A stretch of DNA of 64,000 nucleotides from a virus. Below the pieces are notes generated by a model. It ran no database searches, was not told the origin of the DNA, and saw only the letters and a program-made list of their open reading frames with translations. Numbering within the stretch: the first letter of the stretch is position 1; the number at the start of each line of letters is the position of its first letter. The position numbers and the translations under genes were made by a program. This document shows, piece after piece, positions 35,701 through 42,813 of this stretch. The DNA is taken from IMG/VR virus record IMGVR_UViG_3300042691_043547, positions 5,422 to 69,421 of that record, one strand, 5' to 3'.

Positions 35701-38374
35701 TGGCCTGCCGGACATCGCGTTTGGCGTCTGCTTCTCGCTTTGCGTCCATTTCGGCCCTGCGCCGTATGAGGTACTCACGACTCTCTGCCTTGGTCATGGG
35801 CCGGGCAGCTGGTTCAGCAACCGCAACAGGTACTGGGTCTGATTCCGGCTCCTTTACTTTTTTAACTGCTTCCGTAATTTGTTTGCCAACAGATGCAACT
35901 TTCTTCCGGGCTTGTTCAACCTTCTTTGTTGGCCCAGAGTCAGCCTTTGGCTGGGTGGCCCCCATTTTTTCGACAACTTCCTTGCGGAAAGTCTGATCCA
36001 CCTCCTTGACCAGAGCCAATAGCTGTGCTTGTTCTTTTTTGGTCACCCCCTGCATATCCTTAAAGGCATCCAGAGGATTCTCCAAAGACATTGCTTGGAC
36101 GGATTTTGCCAAAATCTCATGTGGTTGAAGTCTATACTTTATATAGTCTTGTTTGTTTTTGCCTGTATTCTTAAACTCGTCAGGCTCCATTCCCATCAAG
36201 CCCTTTTCAAACAACGGAGCCAATTTTTTAATGATAGTATTTGTTTCTGTTCCTTCTTGATTAGACAGAAAGTTGCGACCTGTTTTCTTGCCAGCTATTT
36301 TTCGGCCAGCCGCTAGGTCTGCAACATGCGCCATTTCATGAACAACAGTACTCAAAGGGTTCGGTGCATTTTTCAAATTAGATGTTATATATACTTTATT
36401 TTTTTGTTCATTTGCGTCAACAAACCCGTATGCTTTACTTAGAGGTTTTGATGAGACCCCATATTCAACCTTTGTGTCAGCCAAACTAGGAATAACTTTT
36501 GCCAAATCGGCAAAATTACCTGATTTGAACGCCTCTTTCTGTAGGCGACTAGCATACTGCTGGAATTTGGCTTCTTTGTTTGGATCCTTGCCTTGCTTCA
36601 AAATCTGGTCGATCAAGCGAACCGTTGGGCGGGCAGCCGTCTGATTGGCATCCGGCAACGAAGGGGAGCTGAGGTAGGATTTCAAATAGTCGAAAAATCC
36701 ACCCAAAGCATAACCAGGCAATTTCCCGCTGCGATTAATCTGATTGAGGCTGGAGGCACCGATTTTCTTAGCCTGGTCAGGAGTATAAACATACTCACCA
36801 GGTGTCAGCATCACATTTGCTTTATTGCCAAGCCTAGAAAGGTTTTCTGCGCCAAACTTTTGAACGGCAGATTTACGGACTACATACGAGCCGGACGGGA
36901 GGGACGCAGGAACGGTGTCCTTGTCGCCGACGCCAGGAACCATACCACCGGACGCAAAACCGACAGGACCGCCCTGGTTGCGAGCCAGCAGAGAACCCTT
37001 GTCGTGGTAAGTTACCCCCTGATAAAACCTAGCTGCTACTGGGGCAATGCTTTGGATTATTTTTGCGGAGGCCATTGCCGTAAGCATGGGGAGGAGTGGC
37101 TTTGCCGCCTCCAAAACCATCAACATGCCTTTGGCTAGAGACTCAAAACCCGAAAAAGCCACTTTAAAAGAATTGTTGTCCAACAACGAGCGGCCGAGCG
37201 AAAGGTAACTTTCTTGAAGTTTGGTCAAGCGATTAGCGTAGGATTCTGTTGCTTGCGAAGCATTGACGGTCAAACTCACCCGCCCAGCTTCTGCCACCAT
37301 CAAAGCTCGTTCGGTGGTTGACCATTGCTGAATCAAAGGAATTACTTTAGAGATTTGTCGGTAGCCGCCCAAATCTTCAACGATGGCGCTATACCTTGGG
37401 TCTGCTTCTGGCAATTGGGTCAGGGCAGACGAAAGTCGCCGGATAGCCTCGTATGCGCCCACGAATTGATTGGTGAGACCAAGGTCTCCCGCCTTCATGG
37501 CCTCCTCGCGAGTGAACCGCAAGTTAACCCCAAACTCTTTCAAGGCGTTTACGGTATCGTTGCGCTGGATGCGGGTAAAGATAGTTCGCAAGCCGGTTGC
37601 GATGGATTCCGCTGATTCACGAGTTGTTTGACGAACAGAGGTAAACAGGGCAAGTAACTGATTGAGATCGCCACCGGTTGCCTTAAAGGCACCACCCGTC
37701 CTTCGGACGGCTTCGATCAAGTCGCCAGCTTCAACCGCAAAAGCTCCGGCCACCGCATTCATTGAGCCGATGGCCTTGTCTAGGTCGGCAGCCTGAATTT
37801 GAAACTGCTTCATCACCGCAATGGCACCTTCGCCGGTTTGAGCCATTGAGTCAAAGTTGGGGGCGAGGGCAGATTTTGCTAAGGCCTCAAGAGCATCCCT
37901 AGTTTCATTAATGTTGAAGTCTGCTTGCTTCAACGTCACCGCCATCTTGATGAGTTCTTTGCTAGAAACGCCGTAAGCCGTAGCTAAACGAGTAACTTCC
38001 TGGCCAACCTGGGCAACCTCTGATGCCGATTCAACGCTCACTTGGCGTAAACGAACCATTTCTCTGTCAAATTCAATAGCTTGAGTTACGGCACTGCGAA
38101 TTCCAGATGCCACCGCAATAAAAGGTACTGCTGCCGAACTGAAGGCGGCAAAACGCTTAAATGCTAAGCCGGACTGCTGGGCAAACTTGTCCATGGCCGT
38201 GCCGGCCCCGCTGATTGCCTCTTTTACCGCCCGAATATTGTTCATGTCGGCCCGGACAGGGACGGACACGCCACGGGTTGTGCCACGAAGGCCCGTGTTA
38301 ATTTCGTTGGCGATATTGCGGATTGCCCCGGATGCGAGGCGTAGATTTAGCTGTCCTGTGATATCAAATGCCAT
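26780..38374 (-). CDS. tape measure protein (TP901-type N-terminus), 3864 aa, with inserted domains
   Basis: AIEFDREM, FTSVRQTTRESAESIATGLRTIFTRI (PhageMin_Tail-like); glycine-zipper TM segment; position after the tail chaperones. Confidence 0.9.
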   Translation of the reverse strand: MAFDITGQLNLRLASGAIRNIANEINTGLRGTTRGVSVPVRADMNNIRAVKEAISGAGTAMDKFAQQSGLAFKRFAAFSSAAVPFIAVASGIRSAVTQAIEFDREMVRLRQVSVESASEVAQVGQEVTRLATAYGVSSKELIKMAVTLKQADFNINETRDALEALAKSALAPNFDSMAQTGEGAIAVMKQFQIQAADLDKAIGSMNAVAGAFAVEAGDLIEAVRRTGGAFKATGGDLNQLLALFTSVRQTTRESAESIATGLRTIFTRIQRNDTVNALKEFGVNLRFTREEAMKAGDLGLTNQFVGAYEAIRRLSSALTQLPEADPRYSAIVEDLGGYRQISKVIPLIQQWSTTERALMVAEAGRVSLTVNASQATESYANRLTKLQESYLSLGRSLLDNNSFKVAFSGFESLAKGMLMVLEAAKPLLPMLTAMASAKIIQSIAPVAARFYQGVTYHDKGSLLARNQGGPVGFASGGMVPGVGDKDTVPASLPSGSYVVRKSAVQKFGAENLSRLGNKANVMLTPGEYVYTPDQAKKIGASSLNQINRSGKLPGYALGGFFDYLKSYLSSPSLPDANQTAARPTVRLIDQILKQGKDPNKEAKFQQYASRLQKEAFKSGNFADLAKVIPSLADTKVEYGVSSKPLSKAYGFVDANEQKNKVYITSNLKNAPNPLSTVVHEMAHVADLAAGRKIAGKKTGRNFLSNQEGTETNTIIKKLAPLFEKGLMGMEPDEFKNTGKNKQDYIKYRLQPHEILAKSVQAMSLENPLDAFKDMQGVTKKEQAQLLALVKEVDQTFRKEVVEKMGATQPKADSGPTKKVEQARKKVASVGKQITEAVKKVKEPESDPVPVAVAEPAARPMTKAESREYLIRRRAEMDAKREADAKRDVRQAMRDEGIAPVRGKRKKKEGLPAKPEVIVKEPIREILSNEKTPGGTFPENSQGYLAAHAITERMNQGRAERHKAVLPTGIAANELATVSISKATDKITGTRVAPPGLTREDRKRYEAYNSKVYAELKEARYWGFNSVKEYRDFNDYFGRLDGSGPPGKGSIPTDGGGSPPSPPTPSDLPPSPPSPPPPPPPKKRRGYAAFKSEMKYRELIESAMKTGNQIGAYSTEMPQFSGAESIQFLGELRKVGGYRPQMLQEAIGQNLRTNNPGMNEKGVQKVAAMQTTRIMKAAEQVSRAQERLNQVSNIRTQATSRAGDIDQYMQLSRNINRLQKRADFDPEAVAEAKRLTTTRQEIAKRIADNEGIDFKELGKISKSGRVSSTKSARDLLKGYRSGYESDARGAAAEEVRQRAILEKNQEKLQGIGISTSTDASGQVKVNFRGAEAAYGAGTIPPRANPNKNTLGKILNDEIQKMYDVIDPKGRGKNVSDAQKKDISENAKNNVMKRYVDSVSLQVQQQNQIKDIETARFLTTQKFEHALRSGAEIVVKNNRLLDAEALKQGYGGGLKQKFSNALNSTKGVLGNAFSSQSGFLGGQVIASYVSDALSNVAGSADNAAVNGREGSYKTARVLSGGLSGLVTGAQVGSAFGPLGAGIGAATGGLFGLVNSFKEAAQEISEAKIGLALKKTTDALSNFAKGTYALTPQNSKTIEGNFNTIDRETAAKSGRNTSYLFGLVSGSQENFQTELTKNMREAMAGQAASMMDALTKLVQEQAVRNTGNADIQDTASLRKDFEAALSQNGGIGSRLFSRVATATEQDPEMFRKTLFDMFQKTKESEVLKRRQQTSETDINRSAATFGGLSSAVEVATQRLTRMTASLKNVSDFMDGSTTPFSGSGLTESLQRPLGSDREDFMGAVRSITKTAGVAGGDAEKTADAVTVAGRLLPGIINAVRSQPVANLATGADMSVQIGENLRKGLAARGVDNTSAAMVTNMVSSQLGSEDFSKMLRETGQDMGKVIQKLLGPMAEPLKQSFTEIAKNLDERGRMFAEGLSELANRTRATGELMDKANMAEMASVRNRIQVGLKRRLISEDAADAGLFNMNQGLQQARQQRLTGFGGPGSGNPQFIASAMGGVFDEIRRTEEQIAKATKGGNIAEQNAAITQLSSLKTKAAELGQALKHLTDVSERTSQAQEKLSKIQSDREGRQALGLRYATANTEGRAEIASSFRLLAAAARMGTAATFSTKQQNQIFGLLSSLSPQMKLPGLGGINVKDLTTQLMKTTFGGAFDLDPQTAALERALDNFVQSNYDVAVEASRIQVEMQQKLQADFFSRLQAGQQTFINELSRAMMENQKLMRESLQMQAQSRLEGLEKQVGQSSMLGKIGVGTDDQFKALKDTLNDPKNKSIDAIFEAGKNQRIVQGKTDKALGNTNSFVDDIVALAGNDYARGTAKSDVSGILMNKFGDMGFTSAVDQKKLLSLFSESMDAKAGYLSTLSGNKENIAEAFRYAITTYQKESNERTNSNIFQAGKDLRNQGTIDNKIIDNLIKAAKEEGDNITVKTLRESVSAVGNTNKKFSELNGALDQARQQVQGFGEVLAIRPEGRANGGMVRYFNKGGWGSGGSLNPHSSDTVNARINPSEFVVAAGPAQRNKKLLEKINAGYADGGTVEEARNNIANAQKNIGADTTDIINPVKTMEAAEQARKVARANSEILFLLQLRNMKPDERFKFVNKQKDWIKSISGKETDEQLGIKNALAQLMSIEDQKNKTLNFRDLESYHVGKRKMGIAKAIKTLPTKIEVGVSEIYEAVKKFIEVGKEAEIFTNNVNDKFKIGIGSSLNDIIQSEPDLKRHLFLNNVDRMANTLNEDGALKLLGDIDPLRREFESLWTDTKIYAKTAKDWTSSVIFANDYNEIGNLPVIGELQEKEKRKIDTKILQKYYPPGIFGKIYGDALQRLAITSPNEFSGDMDAWAKKTDRTKKLGLDFDFEKTISALIDKAQNDLANQKAEGQKLAKANDLVKGIQQGRIGSLQTPEQGIAKIFEERNNAQFGPKQDMELMKLQLMAMEADAFNKLNPAVQTKLLEIKRRRILENKLSPAEQAQMTAMGLDKLINSTEDVTGDEIRGYAANRNKMTLIQRAALDVLMGKIAAQSQGKFNEDPDSLSSAEKAAYLIAVDAEGRSAALDEVNGRKNAMTLNRIGMWITSNPGAINNMLKKSEDKGPFGYAKDAALLEILASAYGAPTTLPKASDVFKDRSLKNKKQLDEAEKVKQDFLSQKENAIAISQAVLGPGVANGLIEAFKSGKGLLGFASGGLVPGVGNTDSVRANLPVGSYVVRKSSVQKLGADTLAALPRMARGGVVPAMVMPGEHIFTPSEASKIGKNNLDHINSTGKLPGYAEGGDVVINGVKYNLVPAGAAKWGGNRNIQMGFQPQTVKNTVNPLANNNNGNLNEQQFLAMEAMNQMIGGNGGITGAKAKFFSLRDELKNPRNRTKEKIAEFRQLYATLTNPLVAQMDAQRQMLGAQDAFASFQQDPKAFIARSKELRALAANTKASMEERVAAKEQLNQMNYAARFIDPRALRGAAAAAQKDQQIKQQQQFIAAGNDPLQGGLLRLNPALANENMASASNPVEAHNARVRANGQNKAEPNRQEAEANHLKKMLEIAQENYLKTGDPRYLQEINKIKNPEKVRAEEEAEAKRKMDDYRAKKQSEEHGNEIARWHVREGIEDIRDPGGVKRGAEKLRKFYAEKDKQRQEFEGRVFAHAPTYEENMPKMQKEWDEKNKGFVENRLKELNRESNERLNRNPIHAAMYARLADSPYLDKKDIVKRATGGIVPGVGSGDTVPALLEPGELVVPKRQVQKFANGGVVGGIQGFANGGMAQGGPDLLDVAARFNQAATQISQGLSGFSTSVSTFNGAVANFGTFVDKFDEAVGKIPGQIELSGANDIVVNLMGQDSIVKAVTEAIGPMIAQAIRDSQPVEQRAQ

Positions 38375-38383
38375 ATTAACCCC

Positions 38384-38470
38384 GCAAAATAAATGGGCGG
38401 CGGCCCCACCTCACGAAGGAGAAGAGACCACCGCCCGCAAAGCCTGTCCGGTTCAACAGGAATTACACCG
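38384..38470 (-). promoter_or_regulatory. GGTGTA motif plus structured leader (two hairpins, U-rich tail) upstream of the TMP
   Basis: CGGTGTAATT at 38461-38470; CCTGT/ACAGG hairpin; 13-bp GC/GU stem 38395-38436 followed by ATTTATTTT. Confidence 0.55.
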
Positions 38471-39299
38471 CGGCGGGAGCCGGGGTGGAGGTAGAAGCTT
38501 CGGTCAAAACCGGGTTTCCTTCATCGTCCAGGAAGGGCTTTTCATCCACCAGATAGTTGCCATCGGCGTCCACCCGGTTCCCCTCCCTATCCACATATTC
38601 CCCGGCTTCGTTGATGTACCGGCCCTCTTCGTCAACGAGTCGGCCATCGGCATCGATCTTCCGGCCCTGCTTGTCGATGAGGTGAAGACTGTCATCGGCA
38701 AACTTGAACTTGAGAAGGAACTGGTTTTCAGGCAGCTTCTTCTCGTAGTCGTCCTCAAGGTTGTAGATGATCTTCGCTAGGGCGCTGGCGGCGGGGCCGA
38801 CGGCGGGGTCATCCTCCTTGGTCATGTAGTCCTCGTAGGACTTGAAATAGGGCTTCCCATCGTTGGCGTGGACAGTACACGCCGACACGAAGAAGTTGAA
38901 CTGGGCGTTGTCGGCCTGAGCCTCGCAAGAGTTGTTGTCCAGGCTCATCCGCTCGGAATTGAGGGCGCGAAGTTCACCACGGTCCCGGCGAAGCTGGATG
39001 GCCATTTCTCGGGCCTCCGAAAGCTTGATGCCACCCCCGCGGATTTTGCGTTCCTTTTCGGCGATTTGACCTTGCAGCTTGCGGAGTTCTGCCTCTTTGG
39101 CATCGTCCCAGAGCTTTTGCTCACGCATCACCGACTCAATCTTGGCCCGGAGAATAGCCCCGGACTCAACAGCATCCCGGAAAGCCTTGTTGTAGACCTT
39201 CTGGGCATCCTGGCGAACCTTGGCGTTCGGGCGAAGAACAGCCAGCTCGACTTCTTTTCCACCAATCTCAACCTTAACCACTTTCTTGTTGGCGCTCAC
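38463..39299 (-). CDS. putative tail assembly chaperone with C-terminal DxxG heptad repeats
   Basis: Position just before the TMP; coiled coil plus (D/N)xxGxx(hydrophobic) repeats. Confidence 0.65.
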   Translation of the reverse strand: MSANKKVVKVEIGGKEVELAVLRPNAKVRQDAQKVYNKAFRDAVESGAILRAKIESVMREQKLWDDAKEAELRKLQGQIAEKERKIRGGGIKLSEAREMAIQLRRDRGELRALNSERMSLDNNSCEAQADNAQFNFFVSACTVHANDGKPYFKSYEDYMTKEDDPAVGPAASALAKIIYNLEDDYEKKLPENQFLLKFKFADDSLHLIDKQGRKIDADGRLVDEEGRYINEAGEYVDREGNRVDADGNYLVDEKPFLDDEGNPVLTEASTSTPAPAAV

Positions 39300-39664
39300 G
39301 ATTCATCCTCCACGGGTAGGGTCTTCTGACAACGGTTCCAGCTAACCGTGTATTGGGCCAATTCTGATTCGACGGCACGCAGCTGGGCGTTGCCGTTGTT
39401 CAGGATTGAGGAGCGACAGGTTTCCCAAATCTGCTTCCATTTCTCCTTTGCTGCTTCCCGCTGTTCCGGCGTGGCGTTGTGGCCCCACAACTCGCCGAAA
39501 CTTTGTTCCACGGCACTCAAGGCACCAATGAAAGCGGTTCGCATTTTCGTGGAGAGAATCCTCTGGAGACGAACGCGTGAATTGCGCTCGTGATTCCTAG
39601 CGGCTTCTTCCTCATTACGACGGGCTGCGTCCGCAGCAGCCTCTATCTGGTTATAAGCATCCAC
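39296..39664 (-). CDS. hypothetical protein (tail chaperone region)
   Basis: Helical 122-aa ORF with GGAGG SD. Confidence 0.7.
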   Translation of the reverse strand: MDAYNQIEAAADAARRNEEEAARNHERNSRVRLQRILSTKMRTAFIGALSAVEQSFGELWGHNATPEQREAAKEKWKQIWETCRSSILNNGNAQLRAVESELAQYTVSWNRCQKTLPVEDES

Positions 39665-39674
39665 TTGATCCTCC

Positions 39675-40718
39675 TTACTGGCCTGGCAAAGACCGTTGAG
39701 CCATTAGCATGATTTCCCGACGGGAATCAGGCATGTGTTGCTCCTCGACTTCGCCCTTTTTAGCGATGTGCGCCAGTCTCTCTCTTTTAATCGCAGCAGC
39801 CTGGGGGCTGTTCAAAGATTCAATATTTTGTAAATCTTCATCTGTTTCTGCCATCAAGAAAATCTCGCCGGATTCAGGCAAATTCATACCGGAAAGCATG
39901 CCTTCAGCAGTCGCTTCCTTGCGTTGACGCTCTCTTTCCCTGCGTTGGATAACCAACCAGCCATCAAAGGCGTCATCATCCCGTATGATGTCATCGTGCG
40001 GTGGGTTGGGGTGTTCGGCGATGCTGTCGTACAACTGTGACCAAGACAGCAAATTGCGCTGCTCCTCGGTCAAATCGACGGCACACCGACCAAATATATC
40101 CAGGCAATTATCCTTGCAGTTCCATACCGAACGCCATTGATCGGAACGAGCCAAAGCACGCATGACCACATCTGAAATTTGAGCTTCCGAATAAGCAGTA
40201 ACTGCCTCATCAAGCAGGGAATCATTACCCTTGTAAAACTCATCATCTTTCCAGACGCGCTTACCTTTATCGTTCAGCAAGCCGCTACCAACCAAATAGC
40301 GGGTGCGGGCGACCTGGGCAAAGCCGGTTGCTCCCATCGGCGAATAAATGTTTTTTTGTGCGTAAAGGGAGGCGAGTTCCTGTTTGGCGGCAGAAAGTGC
40401 CTTCCGGATGACATCTCGTTCCTTGGACTTGAAGAATGCCCTAAACAACCCGACCTTGAGCTTTTCAATATCCTTGTCTAAGGTTGCCGTCTGTTTTTGT
40501 CGCTCGTCATCCCAGAGTCCATTGGATCGCAACAGATTTTCTATTTCACTATCGCTGTAAAGTTCGTCTTCCAAAGCTTCAGTTAAGGCTTCTTGGTAAA
40601 CCTGCTGGGCTTTATAACGACGGAGACGGCCTGGCTGGCGGATCAGATACCGCTTGCCGTCAACGGAGAAGCGCAGACAGCCCGCAATGATACGGGCGAT
40701 CAGAAGGTCAAAATCCAA
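39675..40718 (-). CDS. putative tail assembly chaperone
   Basis: GGAGG then TTG at 40718; follows the major tail gene; W...YD.I.EH..P...II.DDD..DGW. Confidence 0.65.
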   Translation of the reverse strand: MDFDLLIARIIAGCLRFSVDGKRYLIRQPGRLRRYKAQQVYQEALTEALEDELYSDSEIENLLRSNGLWDDERQKQTATLDKDIEKLKVGLFRAFFKSKERDVIRKALSAAKQELASLYAQKNIYSPMGATGFAQVARTRYLVGSGLLNDKGKRVWKDDEFYKGNDSLLDEAVTAYSEAQISDVVMRALARSDQWRSVWNCKDNCLDIFGRCAVDLTEEQRNLLSWSQLYDSIAEHPNPPHDDIIRDDDAFDGWLVIQRRERERQRKEATAEGMLSGMNLPESGEIFLMAETDEDLQNIESLNSPQAAAIKRERLAHIAKKGEVEEQHMPDSRREIMLMAQRSLPGQ

Positions 40719-40728
40719 GGTGTCCTCC

Positions 40729-40760
40729 AAAGAGAAGAGGGGGCCTTGCGGCCCCCCCTC
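40729..40760 (-). terminator. intrinsic terminator after the major tail gene
   Basis: GGGGGCC-GCAA-GGCCCCC then TCTTCTCTTT on the minus strand. Confidence 0.75.
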
Positions 40761-40787
40761 CGTCATTCCTTACTAACCGGGCAAGGC

Positions 40788-41774
40788 TTAGACCTTGTTC
40801 ACGGTCAGGTCGTTGAAGGTGCGGAAGCTGTAGGTCACCGTGCGGTTGGCGCCGTCGGTTCCGCCACCCTGGTAGTTGGCGGATTGCAGCTTGCACTTGT
40901 CGCCGAGGTCGATGTCGGTGCCGTCGGCGAAGAAGATGTGGATCGACTCGTCGTTCAGCTGGTCGGCATTGCCGTCATTGGCCTGGGCGAAGTCGCCGGA
41001 TTGGGTCAGGACCTCAAATTCCGCAGTCACTTCCACGGGGAACTTGACATAGCGGAAGAAGGGACCCTTGCGGCCCAGCTCCATCAGCTGCTCACGACCC
41101 AGGTTGCAGTTGATGCTGACAGACTGGATGTGGGCGCTGTAGCCGCTGCCGGGGATGTCGGTCAGCTTGCCGGTGCCGCTGTTGACGCCGGGGATCACCT
41201 TGGGGAAGATGCAGTCGTCCATGAGGACGTGTTGCCGACGCACGATGCCGGAAGCGGCGGTGGGGGCCTCAGAAGCCGGGGCGTTGGGGGTCCAGTAGCC
41301 GCCGCCGGAAGCCCAGATCTTGTTGTTGCCCACCACGGTCATCGACTCGGTGGCATTGCCGTCCATCGCGCTCTTGAAGCTGATGGCCGAGGCGTAGGCG
41401 CCGGACACCAGACACTGGGCGACAGGCGTGCCGCTGGCGGACACGGCGGTGTCGGCGTGGACCGACAGCACCAAGTTGCAGCGGGAGTTGGCGCGGCCGA
41501 TGAGGGTGTTGTTGACGCGGCCGGAGGTGGCCAGGTCGAACATCAGCGGGGTGCCGTCCAGAACGCGCTCGAGCTGGACTTCGATTTCCGGCACGCCTTC
41601 GATGTTCTGGTACAGGGAGAGCATACCCAGTTCGTAGGCAGCTTCCAGATTGTAGTTGGTGGTGATGGTTGCGCTCTGAAGGCCACGAACGCGGGTGTAG
41701 GTGCCCGCATTAGCGCCACTGTGTGGGCCGATTCCAACAGCAGTGATGGCGTAGAATACGCGATTGTTTGCCAC
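40788..41774 (-). CDS. major tail (tube) protein
   Basis: Strongly biased codons, AAGGAG SD, own terminator; ELG...Y and ELG..GP..R.V.FP tube-type motifs; synteny. Confidence 0.75.
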   Translation of the reverse strand: MANNRVFYAITAVGIGPHSGANAGTYTRVRGLQSATITTNYNLEAAYELGMLSLYQNIEGVPEIEVQLERVLDGTPLMFDLATSGRVNNTLIGRANSRCNLVLSVHADTAVSASGTPVAQCLVSGAYASAISFKSAMDGNATESMTVVGNNKIWASGGGYWTPNAPASEAPTAASGIVRRQHVLMDDCIFPKVIPGVNSGTGKLTDIPGSGYSAHIQSVSINCNLGREQLMELGRKGPFFRYVKFPVEVTAEFEVLTQSGDFAQANDGNADQLNDESIHIFFADGTDIDLGDKCKLQSANYQGGGTDGANRTVTYSFRTFNDLTVNKV

Positions 41775-41783
41775 GGTGTTCTC

Positions 41784-41832
41784 CTTGATTCGGGAATTGG
41801 CCCAATGGGCTTACCGCAATCAAGTACACCGG
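41784..41832 (-). promoter_or_regulatory. GGTGTA motif plus SD-overlapping hairpin
   Basis: CCGGTGTAC followed by CTTGATT(G)CGG...CCGAATCAAG, which pairs into the AAGGAG SD. Confidence 0.5.
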
Positions 41833-42813
41833 CTAGGGTAGATCGACAGACAAAGTAGCTCGGACAACAGCCCGAAAAAGAGGGGGTTTGGACGGCATCT
41901 CGGCAGACTTTATTTCTTCCCAAGTTATTTTGCGCCAAGTATAGGCTCCGGATCCGGCTGGTTCGACCATTTGCGGGTAGGTGTAGCCAGACGGGTTAAT
42001 TTGGCCATCGTAGGTAAGAGGGAAACGATTGTCGTTGGCTAGTCTCTTCTTATCGATGCCCTCAATCCTGCGTTGCCATTGATTAACAATGATGTCGTGA
42101 AGCTGCTTCCGGTCAAACTTGGTTTCGGCCAAGATGTGGAAAACAACATCCTGACTGTGGATTCGCGACAGATTGCCCATTTGCAGGCCTTCCATGTCGA
42201 CGCGGGGAGCGGCTCCGATGACGATGGCGGGCAGCTGAACCCGGTTGGCCGACAGGACGTCCCAGGCGCCCGAGCCAGCTGGCGACTTGAACTGGGGGTC
42301 CGCCGGATTGAAGCTGTCAAACTGCACAGCCTTGAACCACTGGGCCTCGTCCATATCCAGCCGGACATTCTTGAACGAAAACTCGCAGGCGATCCGGGTG
42401 CCGGTCGGCACGGGGGTATTCAGAACGACTCGCCCCTCCGGATAATTGATCCGGTAGCCAGAAACCCCGACGCTGGTGTTGGGCCGGAAGATGCCGCCAA
42501 CATAGATGCCGCTGACCTGTATCGGTTGGCGGTTGTAGTCGACGCCGGACTCGTAGACCCAATTGGAGCGAAACCCCTCCCAGACCGTCCCTGCCGTGTA
42601 ACGCGGGTCACGCGCTGGCCTCAGGACATATGGCTCGGCCCCGTGCGAACCCACCCCGGATGGATAGGTCCCGGACGGGAAAGTCACATTAGTGAAGGCG
42701 CCGACGCTGAGAAGCCCCCAATCAAGGAACTGGTAGCAGGACCACTCCAGAAGGTCGCTAACAAGGGGATCGCCATACTGGCTAACGCCGGATAATCTCG
42801 TTAAATTGCTCAT
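41833..42813 (-). CDS. tail completion/terminator-like protein
   Basis: Immediately upstream of the major tail gene; RVQLPAIVI motif. Confidence 0.6.
   Translation of the reverse strand: MSNLTRLSGVSQYGDPLVSDLLEWSCYQFLDWGLLSVGAFTNVTFPSGTYPSGVGSHGAEPYVLRPARDPRYTAGTVWEGFRSNWVYESGVDYNRQPIQVSGIYVGGIFRPNTSVGVSGYRINYPEGRVVLNTPVPTGTRIACEFSFKNVRLDMDEAQWFKAVQFDSFNPADPQFKSPAGSGAWDVLSANRVQLPAIVIGAAPRVDMEGLQMGNLSRIHSQDVVFHILAETKFDRKQLHDIIVNQWQRRIEGIDKKRLANDNRFPLTYDGQINPSGYTYPQMVEPAGSGAYTWRKITWEEIKSAEMPSKPPLFRAVVRATLSVDLP

Noticed and set aside
38463-40718. Programmed -1 frameshift of tail chaperones
   Set aside because: Each ORF has its own SD and start, and no convincing slippery heptamer was seen at the junctions.
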